A stretch of DNA of 64,000 nt from a virus (taxonomy: Duplodnaviria; Heunggongvirae; Uroviricota; Caudoviricetes): IMG/VR virus record IMGVR_UViG_2939121850_000001; one strand, given 5' to 3'. Position numbers and translations under genes: made by a program. Positions 13,049 to 24,371 of this stretch are shown here, in pieces. The stretch's first letter is position 1. Every line of letters starts with the position of its first letter. The notes under the pieces are model-generated. The model made no database searches and was not told the origin of the DNA. It saw only the letters and a program-made list of their open reading frames with translations.

Positions 13049-16000
13049 TTCATGCTCCGCATGCTGGACAAAATAAAGACAGGCGGATTCATGTGCGTGA
13101 TTGTGCCGCCGTCCATTGTTTCAGGTTCAAACATGAAGCGGTTACGCCTGCGCCTATCACGGAAAGCTGAATTTCTTGGTGCCCACCGCCTGCCTACCGG
13201 TACTTTTGACGCAAACGGGACCAGTACGGTCGTAGATGTGGTGCTGATGCGCAAACATCCGGCAGAGATGGCTGAGAAAATCCCCCTGGTGGATGAAAGC
13301 ACTCTTGAATCGGCAAATGTGCTTTGGCCAACGTTTATTTCTGGCAAGTGGTTTGAAAAGGATGGCCGCCGGTTTGTTCATGGCACCCAGGAAAAGGGCT
13401 TCCAGGGGCGTATTGAGGTTCGTGCCGACGGTCAGATTGATAACCAGGCTCTTAAAGCGAAGCTGATTCATCGTTTCGAAAGCCGTATCGACTGGTCTTT
13501 GCTCGATATGGCTGAACCGTCACCGACCGCAGACGTTGTTGGTGAAGGGGAAATGCGCCTGATTAATGGCGTATGGCAAAAATATGCTGGTGGTCGCTGG
13601 ATTGAAGCTGATGCCGGGAAGGAACTTAAGATCGATGCTGCCAGTTATGGCGCGGATAGCTGGGAGGCTCTTCAGCGTAACCTGACTACAACAGAAGGCC
13701 GTCTCGGCATGACATTTACCCAGATGGCAAATGTCCGCGATAAGTACACCACATCAATCAGCGACGATATGGTGCAGCTGGTGGACTGGATTAACAGCCA
13801 GCCTGAAAAATACCGTGAACGCTTGTATCGCGGGGCGATGATTGGCCGGATGTTAATTGAATATCAGGACATGAAGGCCGCCGGGCATAGTGCTGAACAA
13901 ATCGAACAGCAGCGCCTTTCTCTGGTATCCCGTTTGCAGGCAGAGATTGACCGTTTTGGTAACCCCGGTCGCGGTCCGATAGCGAAATTATCGGGGAGCG
14001 GTGCGCGCGCCTGGTTTGCTTTCCGTGGTGCAATTAAGCTGGATGGCACTATTTCTGACGAGCTGACAGGAAAGCTGGTTACGCATGATTCCAGCGCAAG
14101 TTATGACTCCACCAGCTATCAGGACACCCTGCGTTATCTCTACAGTGATCTCACTCGCGATCCAATCCAGCTCGATGATTTCCGCCTTGCGTTTACCGGC
14201 GAACTGCCAGCCAGTGATGAAGAGTTGCTTAATTTATTGGCCAGCACCCCTGGTATTGCGGTTTCACCGTATGGCGGGATTGTTCCGTTCGCCCGCGCCA
14301 CCAGCGGCGACATTAACGAGATAGTGGCTCCAAAACAGGAATTCCTCGCCACGCTCCCCGACGGTCCAGTAAAGAACAACGTCCTTAATCAGCTGGCAGC
14401 GATCGAAGAGAAGCGCATCAAGACGCCAGCAGAGAATATCCGGTTTAAGCTCAATAGCCGTTGGTTCGACCGTTCCGTCATTCTGGAATTTTTGCAGGAA
14501 AACGGCTATCCGGATCTGCGCTATGTGCAGTCAGTGCAGCTTGAAGGCGACGAAATGGTTTCTGACACCTATCACGGTGGTGATGGTCTGTTCGTCGGGC
14601 ACCGATACGGTGTCGTCCAGCGCAAGGATAAAGAAACAGGCGAGATCCGCTACGAGTGGGACCGTAAATCAGGTGAAAACGCGACCGGGTTCCCGGCACA
14701 GCTGGAAAAGTATCTCAATGGTGCGCGTATCGGTGGCAAAGATAGCGCGACGGCGAACGGCTACCGCGAGCAGATGGCACTGCTTGAGGACCAGTTCAAT
14801 AAGTGGATCAAGACGCACGATCGCTACGATGAGCTGGTTGCCAAATACAACGATGTTTTCAATAGCAATATCCCGTATGAACACTCTGGCGATCCGCTTG
14901 GGTTGAAGGGATTAAGCGGTAAGCGACAGCCATTTGATTACCAGAATAGCGAGGTGCGCCGACTGTCCGAAGATGGGCGCGGCATCCTGGGCTTCGGTAC
15001 CGGGCTGGGTAAAACCACGACCGCGCTGGCGCTTGAGGCGTTCAACTATGAGAACGGTCGTTCCACCCGTACTGCGTATGTAGTGCCTAAATCAGTGCTG
15101 GAAAACTGGTATTACGAAGCAAAAGAGTTTCTGAGTGAAGAGGCATTCAGTAACTACCTGTTCGTCGGTCTTGATGTGCTGATGGATGGCGATCAGATTC
15201 GCCAGGTGCCGGTGCTCGATGAGAACGGTAAACCTGTCGTTGGTGCAGATGGCACTCCCGTTATGCGCGATGCCCTTAAGCTGGCAGATGAAGCCACTAT
15301 CACGGCGCGGATGAACGCGATCCCGCACTCAAACTACCGTGCAGTCGTGTTTACCAAAGAACAATACGCCCGCATTCCGCTACGTGATGACACCGTAGAT
15401 GAGCATGCACAAGACATGCTTTATGACTTCGTTGCTGCCGGGCGTGTGGCCAGCGCAATGGACTCCGATTCCCATCGCAAAGAGGCGGCGCGTCGCCGGG
15501 TATTGTCGGAGTATTCAGATACCGGTACCGAAAAAGCAGAGAAGTATCCGTACTTTGAGGATATGGGCTTCGACAGCGTGATTGCTGACGAAGGCCACAA
15601 CTACCGCAATAGCTATAAAAATGGTCGCGAAGCGTCACAGCTGGCCTATCTGCCCACCAGCGCGGTGGCGCAATCGGCGCGAGATATGGCAATCAAAAAC
15701 GCGTACCTGATGAAAAAGAATGGTGGGCGTGGACCGGTTCTCCTGACTGCAACGCCAGTCGTTAACACCCCGATCGATGCATACAACATGCTTTCTCATG
15801 TTCTGCCGAAGGAATACTGGCAGAAGATGGGGATCTACGGTCCTGATGACTTCGTTAAATTCTTCGGCAAGACCAGGCTGGAAACGGTACAGAAAATCAG
15901 CGGTGAAGTTGAAGAAAAAATGGCGCTGGTGGGCTTTGAAAACCTTGATGCGCTGCGCGGCATATTCCATCGCTGGACAACGCTTAAAACGGCGGAAGAC

Positions 16001-19000
16001 GTTAAGGATACCGTGGAGATCCCGGAACTGGACGAACACCAGCAGGATGCACCACTTACTGAAGAACAACTGGCGGCGTATGAAGAATTGCGTCAACAGG
16101 CGGAAGCGGCAGCAAAAGCCAACAATGGCGTAACGACCTCGGTTAATGAAGACGGCGTGATTGAGCACGAGAAAGCCCGTCCGATCTTCTCAATAATCAG
16201 GGATATGGACCGCGTATGTACTGACATGGACCTGTACTATCGCCGGATCACCTATCGTTTCCTGCCGGAGTACGCCGATGCGGTGCAGCAGCTGGCGGAC
16301 AGTTTGCCTAAACAAGCCACCAGCGAAGACGACGACAGTGATGATTCAATCACGCAGCAATCGCAATACTCCCTGATAGATAAGGGCGAGTTTATTCAGT
16401 TGCAGGTTCCGGAAGCGTTCGAGCAGGAAGTGAATAAGCGCCTGGCCAAGTTTGGCATTGACGAACAGACCGTAACTCACCCCGTTACGCCCAAATACGT
16501 GAAGCTGATTGCCACGCTGAAGGAGTTTTTCCCGGAAGGGAAGCAAATCATCTTCACCGACGAAAAAACGCAGCACCAGAAGCTCAAGCGCATTATCTGC
16601 AATGCTCTTAACCTTGAACCTTCAAAGGTGGGGATCCTGAATGCTCAGACGGTTGCCGAGGCAGGTAAAACCGGTAAGAAACTGAAAGCGGTTAAACCGC
16701 CGAAAGAGTTACCGGATGAACCAACAGATGCACAGATAGCGAAATACAACGAGCAAATGGCTCTGTATGACGCCTATATCGCGCAGCAGAATGAAATGTC
16801 GTTGGGCGGTCTGGAAAAGATTGCAGCCGACTTCCAGGAGGGCCGGACTCCGATCATCATCTGCAACAAAAAGGCAGAGGTGGGTATCAACCTGCATCGA
16901 GGAACGACTGACATCCATCATCTGACGTTGCCATGGACACCAGCCAGTATCGCACAGCGTAACGGTCGCGGTGCCCGAGTTGGCTCCAACCGTGCAAGCG
17001 TTCGCGTTCACTACTACTGCGGCAAGGGTTCTTTCGATGAATACCGACTGAAGACGCTGAAGCGTAAAGCAGGCTGGATCTCCGATATCCTCCGTTCAGA
17101 TAAGTCAGAAATGGAGAACGCCGACGCCAACGATATGATCGAAATGCAGATGTATACCGCTAAGGATGATGGCGAACGTCTGGCAATGATGCAGGTTCAA
17201 ATGGATAAGGCGAAAGCCGCGCAACGCGCTCGCCAGAAAGAACAGGCTACTATCGACCTTCAGAACTACATCAAGGCGCAGCACGCAGCTGGCGAGGATG
17301 TGGAGGTACTTACCGCTGAATTAGAGCGAAGCAAAGCGGAACTTGAAAAGACCACCGCCGAGGTAGCTAAATTCAAACAGGCGGTAATGGCCAAAGCAGC
17401 TGATAACGCAGACTGGAAAGCCCGCTGGGGTAGCGTCCATCACACAGACCGTACGTTGTTAGCACAGTATCGCGCGTCGTTGAAAAGCGCCATTCAGCGC
17501 AAGGCTAATATCTCTCAAGCCATCTCCCGCTATGAGAAATTATTGAACCGTACTCAGAAGGCCGCGACGGATATCAAACGCCTGCGCCCGCTGGTGGAGG
17601 ATGCAATAAATAAAGGCATTCTGGATGTTGATCCTGACCTGGTTAACCATGCGAGTGAGTTCCTTGTTATCGGCGATCGCTCATGGCGTGTAGGCCAATA
17701 CTACGATTGTGCCGGTGATATCGTTCGCATTAAGTCGCTGGACTTCGACAGCCAGCGCGCAGACGTGGAGATTATCTTTACCTTCAAAGGTACCAAATCG
17801 GGTAACTGGGATGTGAAGACGCTGGATAAACAGGTTGATGTAACTCCCGATGAAGATGCTGTTATGCAGAAAATCAGTGGTGGCGTCTCCATCGCCGGGA
17901 TTAACGACATCATTTCCTGTGACGATTTCTACCGTTTCCAGCAGCGCGGCATGATCAAAATCACTGACTCATACGGCGTTCAGACTACAGAGTCAGGCTA
18001 TAGCATCGATTTTGTTGGTACCTATACGGACCCACTGAAGCATGCGGTTTACCCGGATCGCCGTGACGGCGCGCTGAAGTCGTCAATTGCAAAATGGGTG
18101 CTTGGTATGATGTCGGAAGGGAATAACCGCCAGATCCGTTCGGCAGAAACATTCCTGGTTGAACTGTTTGGCTCCAATTATGGCGATGTAATCGCGTCAT
18201 ACGGAGATACGCTATCCCCTGAAGCAATTCAGGAGAAAATAGCGGATGCGATCGCCAGAATGCCGGAAAAAACAAGCCAGGGGGCTACTCGTAACGGGGA
18301 TTCTGAACTTGAAGTCACCAATGCCATTTTCGGTACCAATGAGTTCCGGGCGTCAGATTATGAGATCACCACAGCACAGTTTGGCACCATTGGCATTTAC
18401 AGCAATAAAGACGAGATCAAACAGTCAATGGACGCTGCAAGCGCGCGCATTGCAGCAGAACGCAAAGCCAATCTGAATCATGCAGTTTCCGCGCTGACTC
18501 AATCGTGGGTAACAGCAATCAGGGAGGCCGCCACCACAGGAAAAATCACACCGGCAATTGCGGATGTCGTAAACGACGGCTCTAAATTTATGGATGCCTA
18601 TAAAATGGATGCGGTGCAGTTGCCATCAGCCTATGGTCAACTCAGCTATCGCATGACCTACAACCTGGTATCAATGTTTTCCGACCTTGCCATCCTTGGG
18701 CTGGTGGATCTTAACGAGGTTACGCCGGAATTGCTCAGCATGCGCAAGAATCATGTGGAGATATTGCAGAGAATTAACACGGTTCTTGCCGGGCGCACCG
18801 ATGAAGAGAAACAGGCCGACGCTGATCGGATAAACCTGGCCCTTGGCAACATCACGGAGGAAGAGATTGCCGCCAGAAACGAGAAACAAGAAGAGTTATC
18901 ATCAATACAGGGTGATGCCACCAGCATAGCTCAGTCTCTTGGTCTGAATTATCGCGTATCCACCGCCGACCTGAAGATGATGTACGCACCAAAATTCGCC

Positions 19001-19201
19001 GCTGGCGAGGTATTTGGGCTTCAGGAAGCCTCAGGCATGAAAGGCGTTCTTTTCCGTGCGAAAGACGCAATCAAGGCGAAATTCGGCGCTCGCTGGCTGC
19101 CAGCGAAGGCGAAGAACAGCGATTTCCCGGGTAACTGGTGGATTATCGAGACAAAACACAACGTGGCGGACGTTCTGGCCGTCATCCAACAATACGCATA
19201 A
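13049..19201 (+). pseudogene. darB: darB 3' fragment (helicase-containing body, 2049 codons)
   Basis: Helicase Walker A GFGTGLGKTT; 206 + 2049 codons = 2255 aa, the size recalled for P1 DarB. Confidence 0.85.
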
Positions 19202-19234
19202 CAGGAGCGCCCGGTTCGCCGGGCGTCGCATAAT

Positions 19235-19675
19235 ATGGCCACACTATCTGATACAATAAAACCGAATAAAACATATCTTGAGGCGGTACTCCGTACAGCG
19301 TTGTTAGGAAAGACAGAAGACGAATACGTTGATTTCTTCCTGTCAGGGCTACGCGGGCGATTACTGAAAAATCCCCGCCTGTACCGCAGCTATGGCCCAT
19401 ACTGGCCGGAAATTAAAAAATTATTACTGGAGCGCGGTTATGGTAATTTCGGTCGTCTCGTTGACCGTGACGTTCGCAAAATTTACCGTTATGACCGCCC
19501 GGCGCTGACGCTCATAGCTGCGACGCTCTACAGCCAGGAGCGTTTTGATAATGGTCAGATATACTCAGCCTGGCATTTACTGCCAGTGCCTGAAGAGGTT
19601 GACGACCAGGACTATGAGTTTGAGTCTTACGATTTGGAAGTTGAAGCCTTGGCACAGGCTGGAGAGAAAACTTGA
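19235..19675 (+). CDS. ulx: Ulx-like protein (146 aa)
   Basis: ORF between darB and lxc; named by synteny. Confidence 0.5.
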   Translation: MATLSDTIKPNKTYLEAVLRTALLGKTEDEYVDFFLSGLRGRLLKNPRLYRSYGPYWPEIKKLLLERGYGNFGRLVDRDVRKIYRYDRPALTLIAATLYSQERFDNGQIYSAWHLLPVPEEVDDQDYEFESYDLEVEALAQAGEKT

Positions 19676-19920
19676 AGAAGCGATACTACACAGTAAAGCA
19701 TGGGACGCTACGAGCATTGCAAGAGTTTGCTGATAAGCATAACGTTGAGGTGCGCAGGGAGGGGGGAAGTAAAGCTCTGCGCATGTACCGTCCGGACGGG
19801 AAATGGCGTACGGTCGTCGATTTCAAAACTAACAGCGTTCCCCAGGGCGTCCGCGACCGGGCATTCGAAGAATGGGAGCAGATCATCATAGATAACGCAT
19901 TGCTCCTGAATGCTGATTAA
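19672..19920 (+). CDS. lxc: Lxc/Bof-like C1 co-repressor (82 aa), TTG start
   Basis: 82-aa basic protein downstream of ulx; size and position match P1 lxc. Confidence 0.6.
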   Translation: MKKRYYTVKHGTLRALQEFADKHNVEVRREGGSKALRMYRPDGKWRTVVDFKTNSVPQGVRDRAFEEWEQIIIDNALLLNAD

Positions 19921-19956
19921 TTTATCGGGCAGTTTTATCTGCCCGATAAATTTTTA
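19921..19956. terminator. hairpin terminator between convergent lxc and SIR2-like gene
   Basis: Perfect 13-bp stem atttatcgggcag / ctgcccgataaat followed by TTTTT. Confidence 0.7.
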
Positions 19957-19966
19957 TCGACCACAA

Positions 19967-21274
19967 TTACACTATATTCTTAACTATAAGGTTGGCGTCC
20001 TTCAAGGTGCCTAATGTTTCAATGTGGTTTTTTATCATTAATCTATTTGAGGCAATTATTGCAGGCCATCGTGTTTCCCAAGCTCTGTAAGCATACCAAG
20101 AAACTCCCCAATTCCTTTCTTTACTCATATGACCCATCGAGTATTCAACTGCGTCTAAATATGTTTTTTCATACTTAGTATTGCTAACCTCTATGATGCT
20201 TCCAAAATATATAAGCCATTTTGCCAACTGTTCATATTGCTCCCACGCTCCGTTATTCCTTGTTAACTTTCTCTTTTTTTCTATTATCCTTTCGAAAAGA
20301 GAAACGACTTTATCATCATTCCAATCTAAACCTTCCGATATAATTGATGATATAATTTGATAAAATGAATCCTCTAATTTAAGATATTCATTTTTATAAG
20401 TATAAGCCCCCGAAACAACTTTTCTGATATTTTCGCGCGCTCTTTCAATGATGTCTTTAATGAGAGACATCTTATAACTTAATCGACTAAAGAAACAATC
20501 TATTTCTGTATTGTCAATTACCCTTATACCAAAGCAATAGAAGTAATAATCCTTCATATCTTGACTTACTTTGTTGCGAGATATCAAAAAGATATTAGAG
20601 CACAGGGCATTATTTTTCGAAAATTTTTTATAGTCATTTATAATTGCTTTAAGATTTGTGTCGCTTAAAGAATACCCTAATATCGCAACTGTATTTTCAT
20701 GCAGCATCGTACTAAGTTTTCGTGAAAAATAAGTATCGGAATTTATAAATCTGAAGTAATCATCTGAAGTGACAATCATATTTTTTGGCGAATCAATAGA
20801 ACCATGAATATGATATATTTTCACCTTGGATGGATACTTTGGAATTGGCAGACCGGGCGTGATAGACTGTACACTTTCATCTCCAACCAAGCATTCAGCC
20901 AACTTGTCATAATTTGTTGTAATGACACGGAATGAGTTTTTTTGGAAAAAATCTTTTATATTTGATATGTCTTCTCCAAGTTGAATTGGAGATATGATGT
21001 CAACAATTTCATCATAAATCGACTTACCCTCAATATTGAGCTTCAAAGATAGTATTTGTGCGGCTTCTTCAAGACTCAGTGCTGGTGGTTTATCATCAGG
21101 GAATAACGTGTCTTCCAACTTTTTGGCATTGTGAACTTTGCTGCAAACTTTTTTTAATAGTTCCTTCCACGTTGGAGCTTCACCGTTCGAGACTGCCTTT
21201 GAAAAGCCAGTCCCGGTAAATAGACAAAGCCTGCTTGTAGCGGTAGCGTATGCTAACTCAACATATTCGCTCAT
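19967..21274 (-). CDS. SIR2-like (DHS-like NAD-binding fold) protein with uncharacterised C-terminal domain, 435 aa; candidate defence NADase
   Basis: Motifs GTGFS (21-25), TTNYD (119-123), IYHIHGS (153-159); RBS ggag; AT-rich gene in a roughly 50% GC backbone. Confidence 0.7.
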   Translation of the reverse strand: MSEYVELAYATATSRLCLFTGTGFSKAVSNGEAPTWKELLKKVCSKVHNAKKLEDTLFPDDKPPALSLEEAAQILSLKLNIEGKSIYDEIVDIISPIQLGEDISNIKDFFQKNSFRVITTNYDKLAECLVGDESVQSITPGLPIPKYPSKVKIYHIHGSIDSPKNMIVTSDDYFRFINSDTYFSRKLSTMLHENTVAILGYSLSDTNLKAIINDYKKFSKNNALCSNIFLISRNKVSQDMKDYYFYCFGIRVIDNTEIDCFFSRLSYKMSLIKDIIERARENIRKVVSGAYTYKNEYLKLEDSFYQIISSIISEGLDWNDDKVVSLFERIIEKKRKLTRNNGAWEQYEQLAKWLIYFGSIIEVSNTKYEKTYLDAVEYSMGHMSKERNWGVSWYAYRAWETRWPAIIASNRLMIKNHIETLGTLKDANLIVKNIV

Positions 21275-21330
21275 TACTTACTCCATTTACTTATAGTTCT
21301 ATGGAGAAGTATACCCTAATGCATTGACGT

Positions 21331-21999
21331 TTATAGATAATTTCCTTTTCCAGTTAACTCCCCTTTAGGCACCCGTTTTTGTGCCAGTGTTTGGGTTCCG
21401 CGAATTATGTTAATCAGAGGGCTTAGTAACGATGATTCCTGGCGGGCATCAACTTCTCCTGCCATTGCCCTAATGTAGTCGGCGCTTGCAACGTTGTTAT
21501 ATTCCGTTGCGAAGCAGCATAACAACGTCAGAACGTGCTCTGTCGTTATTTCGCTCCAGTTGATGTTGAAAAATTCATCGCCTTTTTTGTCATGTTCGGA
21601 ATCGAAGATGCTTTGGTGAAGGATGTATTTGCCGGATTCCTTGCGCGGTAACTTGATCGCTTTCTGGCGTTCCAATTCCTTGTAAATCTGCATCGCTTCA
21701 ATCAGTACCGGTCTGCCGTTCATGAAGGGATCACGCAACCTTACACGCTGGCCAACTCGACCGGTAATAAAGCTGTTTTCCTCTTCCACCAGCACGATAA
21801 AACCCTTTTCCTCTTTTTCTCGCAATTCGCGCAGCAGCTGGAGTTCCATATCGCGGCGGCGTTCAGGGTAGCTGGTCCGCTCAGCCATTATCAGCTCATT
21901 GTTGATCCATGCGGCAGTCATTGACGCCGGTTTGCCGACGCTCATCGAAACAACGCATATTTTCTTATCCATAGCGCCCCTACAAAAAAGAAAAGCCAC
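21331..21999 (-). CDS. mat: particle maturation protein Mat-like
   Basis: 222-aa ORF between ref and the res-mod slot; named by synteny. Confidence 0.5.
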   Translation of the reverse strand: MAFLFCRGAMDKKICVVSMSVGKPASMTAAWINNELIMAERTSYPERRRDMELQLLRELREKEEKGFIVLVEEENSFITGRVGQRVRLRDPFMNGRPVLIEAMQIYKELERQKAIKLPRKESGKYILHQSIFDSEHDKKGDEFFNINWSEITTEHVLTLLCCFATEYNNVASADYIRAMAGEVDARQESSLLSPLINIIRGTQTLAQKRVPKGELTGKGNYL

Positions 22000-22160
22000 C
22001 AGCGGCGGCTTAGCAATACAACTGAAGGTAGCGCCCGGTACTCAGACTGTGCCGTCCATGGAATATTTGAAAAGGGATCCATCCGTACCGGGCGTGTGAT
22101 GATTCTGACTGAAGTCACTTGTCAGTTGTCAATCATTTATCATTAAAAATAATATATTTA

Positions 22161-22721
22161 TTAGTGCATGATGTTTGCCATCTCATAGGCGTCAGCCAGT
22201 AACTCCATCTCTGACTTGTTCAGCAGGGTGAATTCTTTCTTGCCTCCAACCACACCATCGGCATGAACAGGGACCAGCCAGGGGTATTTTGCTCTTACTT
22301 CAGCCGGTGCTGCATGCTGGTGGTGCCATCTACAAAGTGGCAATTGCTTTTTATGACAACCCGGCGCGGTACGACCGGAGATATGGTGCAGAGACACCTC
22401 TTCAGATATTACTCCATGCATGTAGCAGGCAATGCAGGGGAGAGTGCCAAGAGCATTGGCGATGGTCCGTTCCTCCGCCGTCGGTGTTCGCCCCTTCAAG
22501 CCACGAGATTTTATTTTTACCGCACTTTTCCGCGTTTTGCTGGCTGGTGGGCGCTCTTTCTGTTTAGCGATACGGCGGTCGATAGAATCCCGCATTTTCT
22601 GATATTGCGATTCTCGCCAGGCGGGGTCAGCCAACTTTTCCCGTTGCCGAGCGATCGCTCGTTCTCTGGCTGCCTTCTGCCACTCGCGGCGCTGTTCAAG
22701 TTTTTGTTCGATTGTTTTCAT
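22161..22721 (-). CDS. ref: Ref, HNH-type recombination enhancement endonuclease (186 aa)
   Basis: Starts MKTIEQKLEQ at Met27 of the ORF; Cys/His HNH-like motif CxxC...HH...CH; between cra and mat. Confidence 0.75.
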   Translation of the reverse strand: MKTIEQKLEQRREWQKAARERAIARQREKLADPAWRESQYQKMRDSIDRRIAKQKERPPASKTRKSAVKIKSRGLKGRTPTAEERTIANALGTLPCIACYMHGVISEEVSLHHISGRTAPGCHKKQLPLCRWHHQHAAPAEVRAKYPWLVPVHADGVVGGKKEFTLLNKSEMELLADAYEMANIMH

Positions 22722-22819
22722 ATGGCAAAAAAAAGGCGGCCTAATGGCCGCCAATGATGTCAAGGAGTGAAGTAATGGCAACGTCTTCGTAGTTGACAAA
22801 AACTGCGGCTAAATTATAG

Positions 22820-22836
22820 CAATCAATTAGAGCAAT
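22820..22836 (-). promoter_or_regulatory. C1 operator-like site upstream of ref (14/17)
   Basis: Core attagagcaat on plus strand, reverse complement of ATTGCTCTAAT. Confidence 0.5.
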
Positions 22837-22970
22837 GGTAGATATTTTGTTTCTCGCGAATCACATTTTTTCACTTCAGTACCTGTGTGCTATACTCCTT
22901 CTTGATTGATTGATTGGATGCGGAATACAAACCCGCTCTTTTGTGCAGCCTGGCTCCTTGCCAGGCTTTT

Positions 22971-23282
22971 TTATTTCATCATGGAAGCTGTTAACGCTTT
23001 GGATCTTGCTGAACTGATTGAAAGGGCATTGTTTACCTTACCCAGGAGTTCGCCAAATTCCACCATCACTCTAGTAAGCCCGCGCCGCGCTTCCTCCTCC
23101 GTTGCATTCATCACAAAATGTTCAGCACTCCGCATGCTTTTAACGGGGAACGCAACAGATATCGAGTCGATATCAGGCATCCTATCGCTCAACTTTACGG
23201 TGACAATGACAGATGGCGACAGAATATTAGTGCTTACAGACAGCACTACATATTTTCCGTCGATGTTGAAATCCTTTCTCAT
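22971..23282 (-). CDS. cra: Cra-like protein (cre-associated), 103 aa
   Basis: ORF directly downstream of cre on the same strand; named by synteny. Confidence 0.45.
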   Translation of the reverse strand: MRKDFNIDGKYVVLSVSTNILSPSVIVTVKLSDRMPDIDSISVAFPVKSMRSAEHFVMNATEEEARRGLTRVMVEFGELLGKVNNALSISSARSKALTASMMK

Positions 23283-23298
23283 ACGCCACCATAAATAT

Positions 23299-23315
23299 CA
23301 AAGAATTAGAGCAAT
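23299..23315 (-). promoter_or_regulatory. C1 operator-like core (perfect 11-bp core, 13/17 overall)
   Basis: attagagcaat located between cre stop and cra. Confidence 0.4.
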
Positions 23316-23332
23316 CATTTACGTGTTAATGG

Positions 23333-24364
23333 CTAATTGCCATCTTCCAGCAGGCGCACCATTGCCCCTGTTTCACTATCCAGGTTACGGATATAGTTCA
23401 TGACAATATTTACGTTGGTCCAGCCACCAGCTTGCATGATCTCCGGTATTGAAACTCCGGCACGGGCCATATCTCGCGCGGCTCCGACACGGGCACTGTG
23501 TCCAGACCAGGCCAGGTACCTCTGTCCAGAGTCATCCTTAGCCCCGTAAATCAATCGGTGAGTTGCTTCAAAAATCCCTTCTAGGGCGCGAGTTGATAGC
23601 TGGCTGGTGGGTGATGGCGAGGCAACACCATTTTTTCTGACCCGGCAAAACAGGTAGTTATTCGGATCATCAGCCACACCAGAGACAGAAATCCATCGCT
23701 CGACCAGTTTAGTTACCCCCAGGCTAAGTGCCTTCTCTACACCTGCGGTGCTAACCAGCGTTTTCGTTCTGCCAATATGGATTAACATTCTCCCACCGTC
23801 AGTACGTGAGATATCTTTAACCCTGATCCTGGCAATTTCGGCTATACGTAACAGGGTGTTATAAGCAATCCCCAGAAATGCCAGATTACGTATATCCTGG
23901 CAGCGATCGCTATTTTCCATGAGTGAACGAACCTGGTCGAAATCAGTGCGTTCGAACGCTAGTGCCTGTTTTGCACGTTCACCGGCATCAACGTTTTCTT
24001 TTCGGATCCGCCGCATAACCAGTGAAACAGCATTGCTATCACTTGGTCGCTGCAGCCCGGACCGACGATGAAGCATGTTTAGCTGGCCCAAATGTTGCTG
24101 GATAGTTTTTACTGCCAGACCGCGCGCCTGAAGATATAGAAGATAATCGCGAACATCTTCAGGTTCTGCGGGAAACCATTTCCGGTTATTCAACTTGCAC
24201 CATGCCGCCCACGACCGGCAAACGGACAGAAGCATTTTCCAGGTATGCTCAGAAAACGCCTGGCGATCCCTGAACATGTCCATCAGGTTCTTGCGAACCT
24301 CATCACTCGTTGCATCGACCGGCAATGCAGGCAAATTTTGGTGTACGGTCAGTAAATTGGACAT
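23333..24364 (-). CDS. cre: Cre site-specific tyrosine recombinase (343 aa)
   Basis: Matches recalled P1 Cre over its full length with a handful of substitutions; loxP lies 420 bp upstream. Confidence 0.98.
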   Translation of the reverse strand: MSNLLTVHQNLPALPVDATSDEVRKNLMDMFRDRQAFSEHTWKMLLSVCRSWAAWCKLNNRKWFPAEPEDVRDYLLYLQARGLAVKTIQQHLGQLNMLHRRSGLQRPSDSNAVSLVMRRIRKENVDAGERAKQALAFERTDFDQVRSLMENSDRCQDIRNLAFLGIAYNTLLRIAEIARIRVKDISRTDGGRMLIHIGRTKTLVSTAGVEKALSLGVTKLVERWISVSGVADDPNNYLFCRVRKNGVASPSPTSQLSTRALEGIFEATHRLIYGAKDDSGQRYLAWSGHSARVGAARDMARAGVSIPEIMQAGGWTNVNIVMNYIRNLDSETGAMVRLLEDGN

Positions 24365-24371
24365 TTGACAC

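Noticed and set aside
13039-19242. Numerous 60-180-aa ORFs on both strands inside darB
   Set aside because: All are embedded in or antisense to the continuous 2049-codon darB frame.
19957-21330. Type III res-mod genes expected here from P1
   Set aside because: No ORF with Mod methyltransferase or Res helicase motifs is present; the interval holds only the SIR2-like gene.
22145-22165. Weak C1 operator-like match near the ref stop
   Set aside because: Only 13/17 with mismatches in the conserved core (attagTgcaTg); overlaps the ref 3' end.
22906-23403. 165-aa plus-strand ORF opposite cra
   Set aside because: Antisense to the cre-cra-ref transcription direction and overlaps the cre 3' end; the minus-strand ORF fits the synteny.
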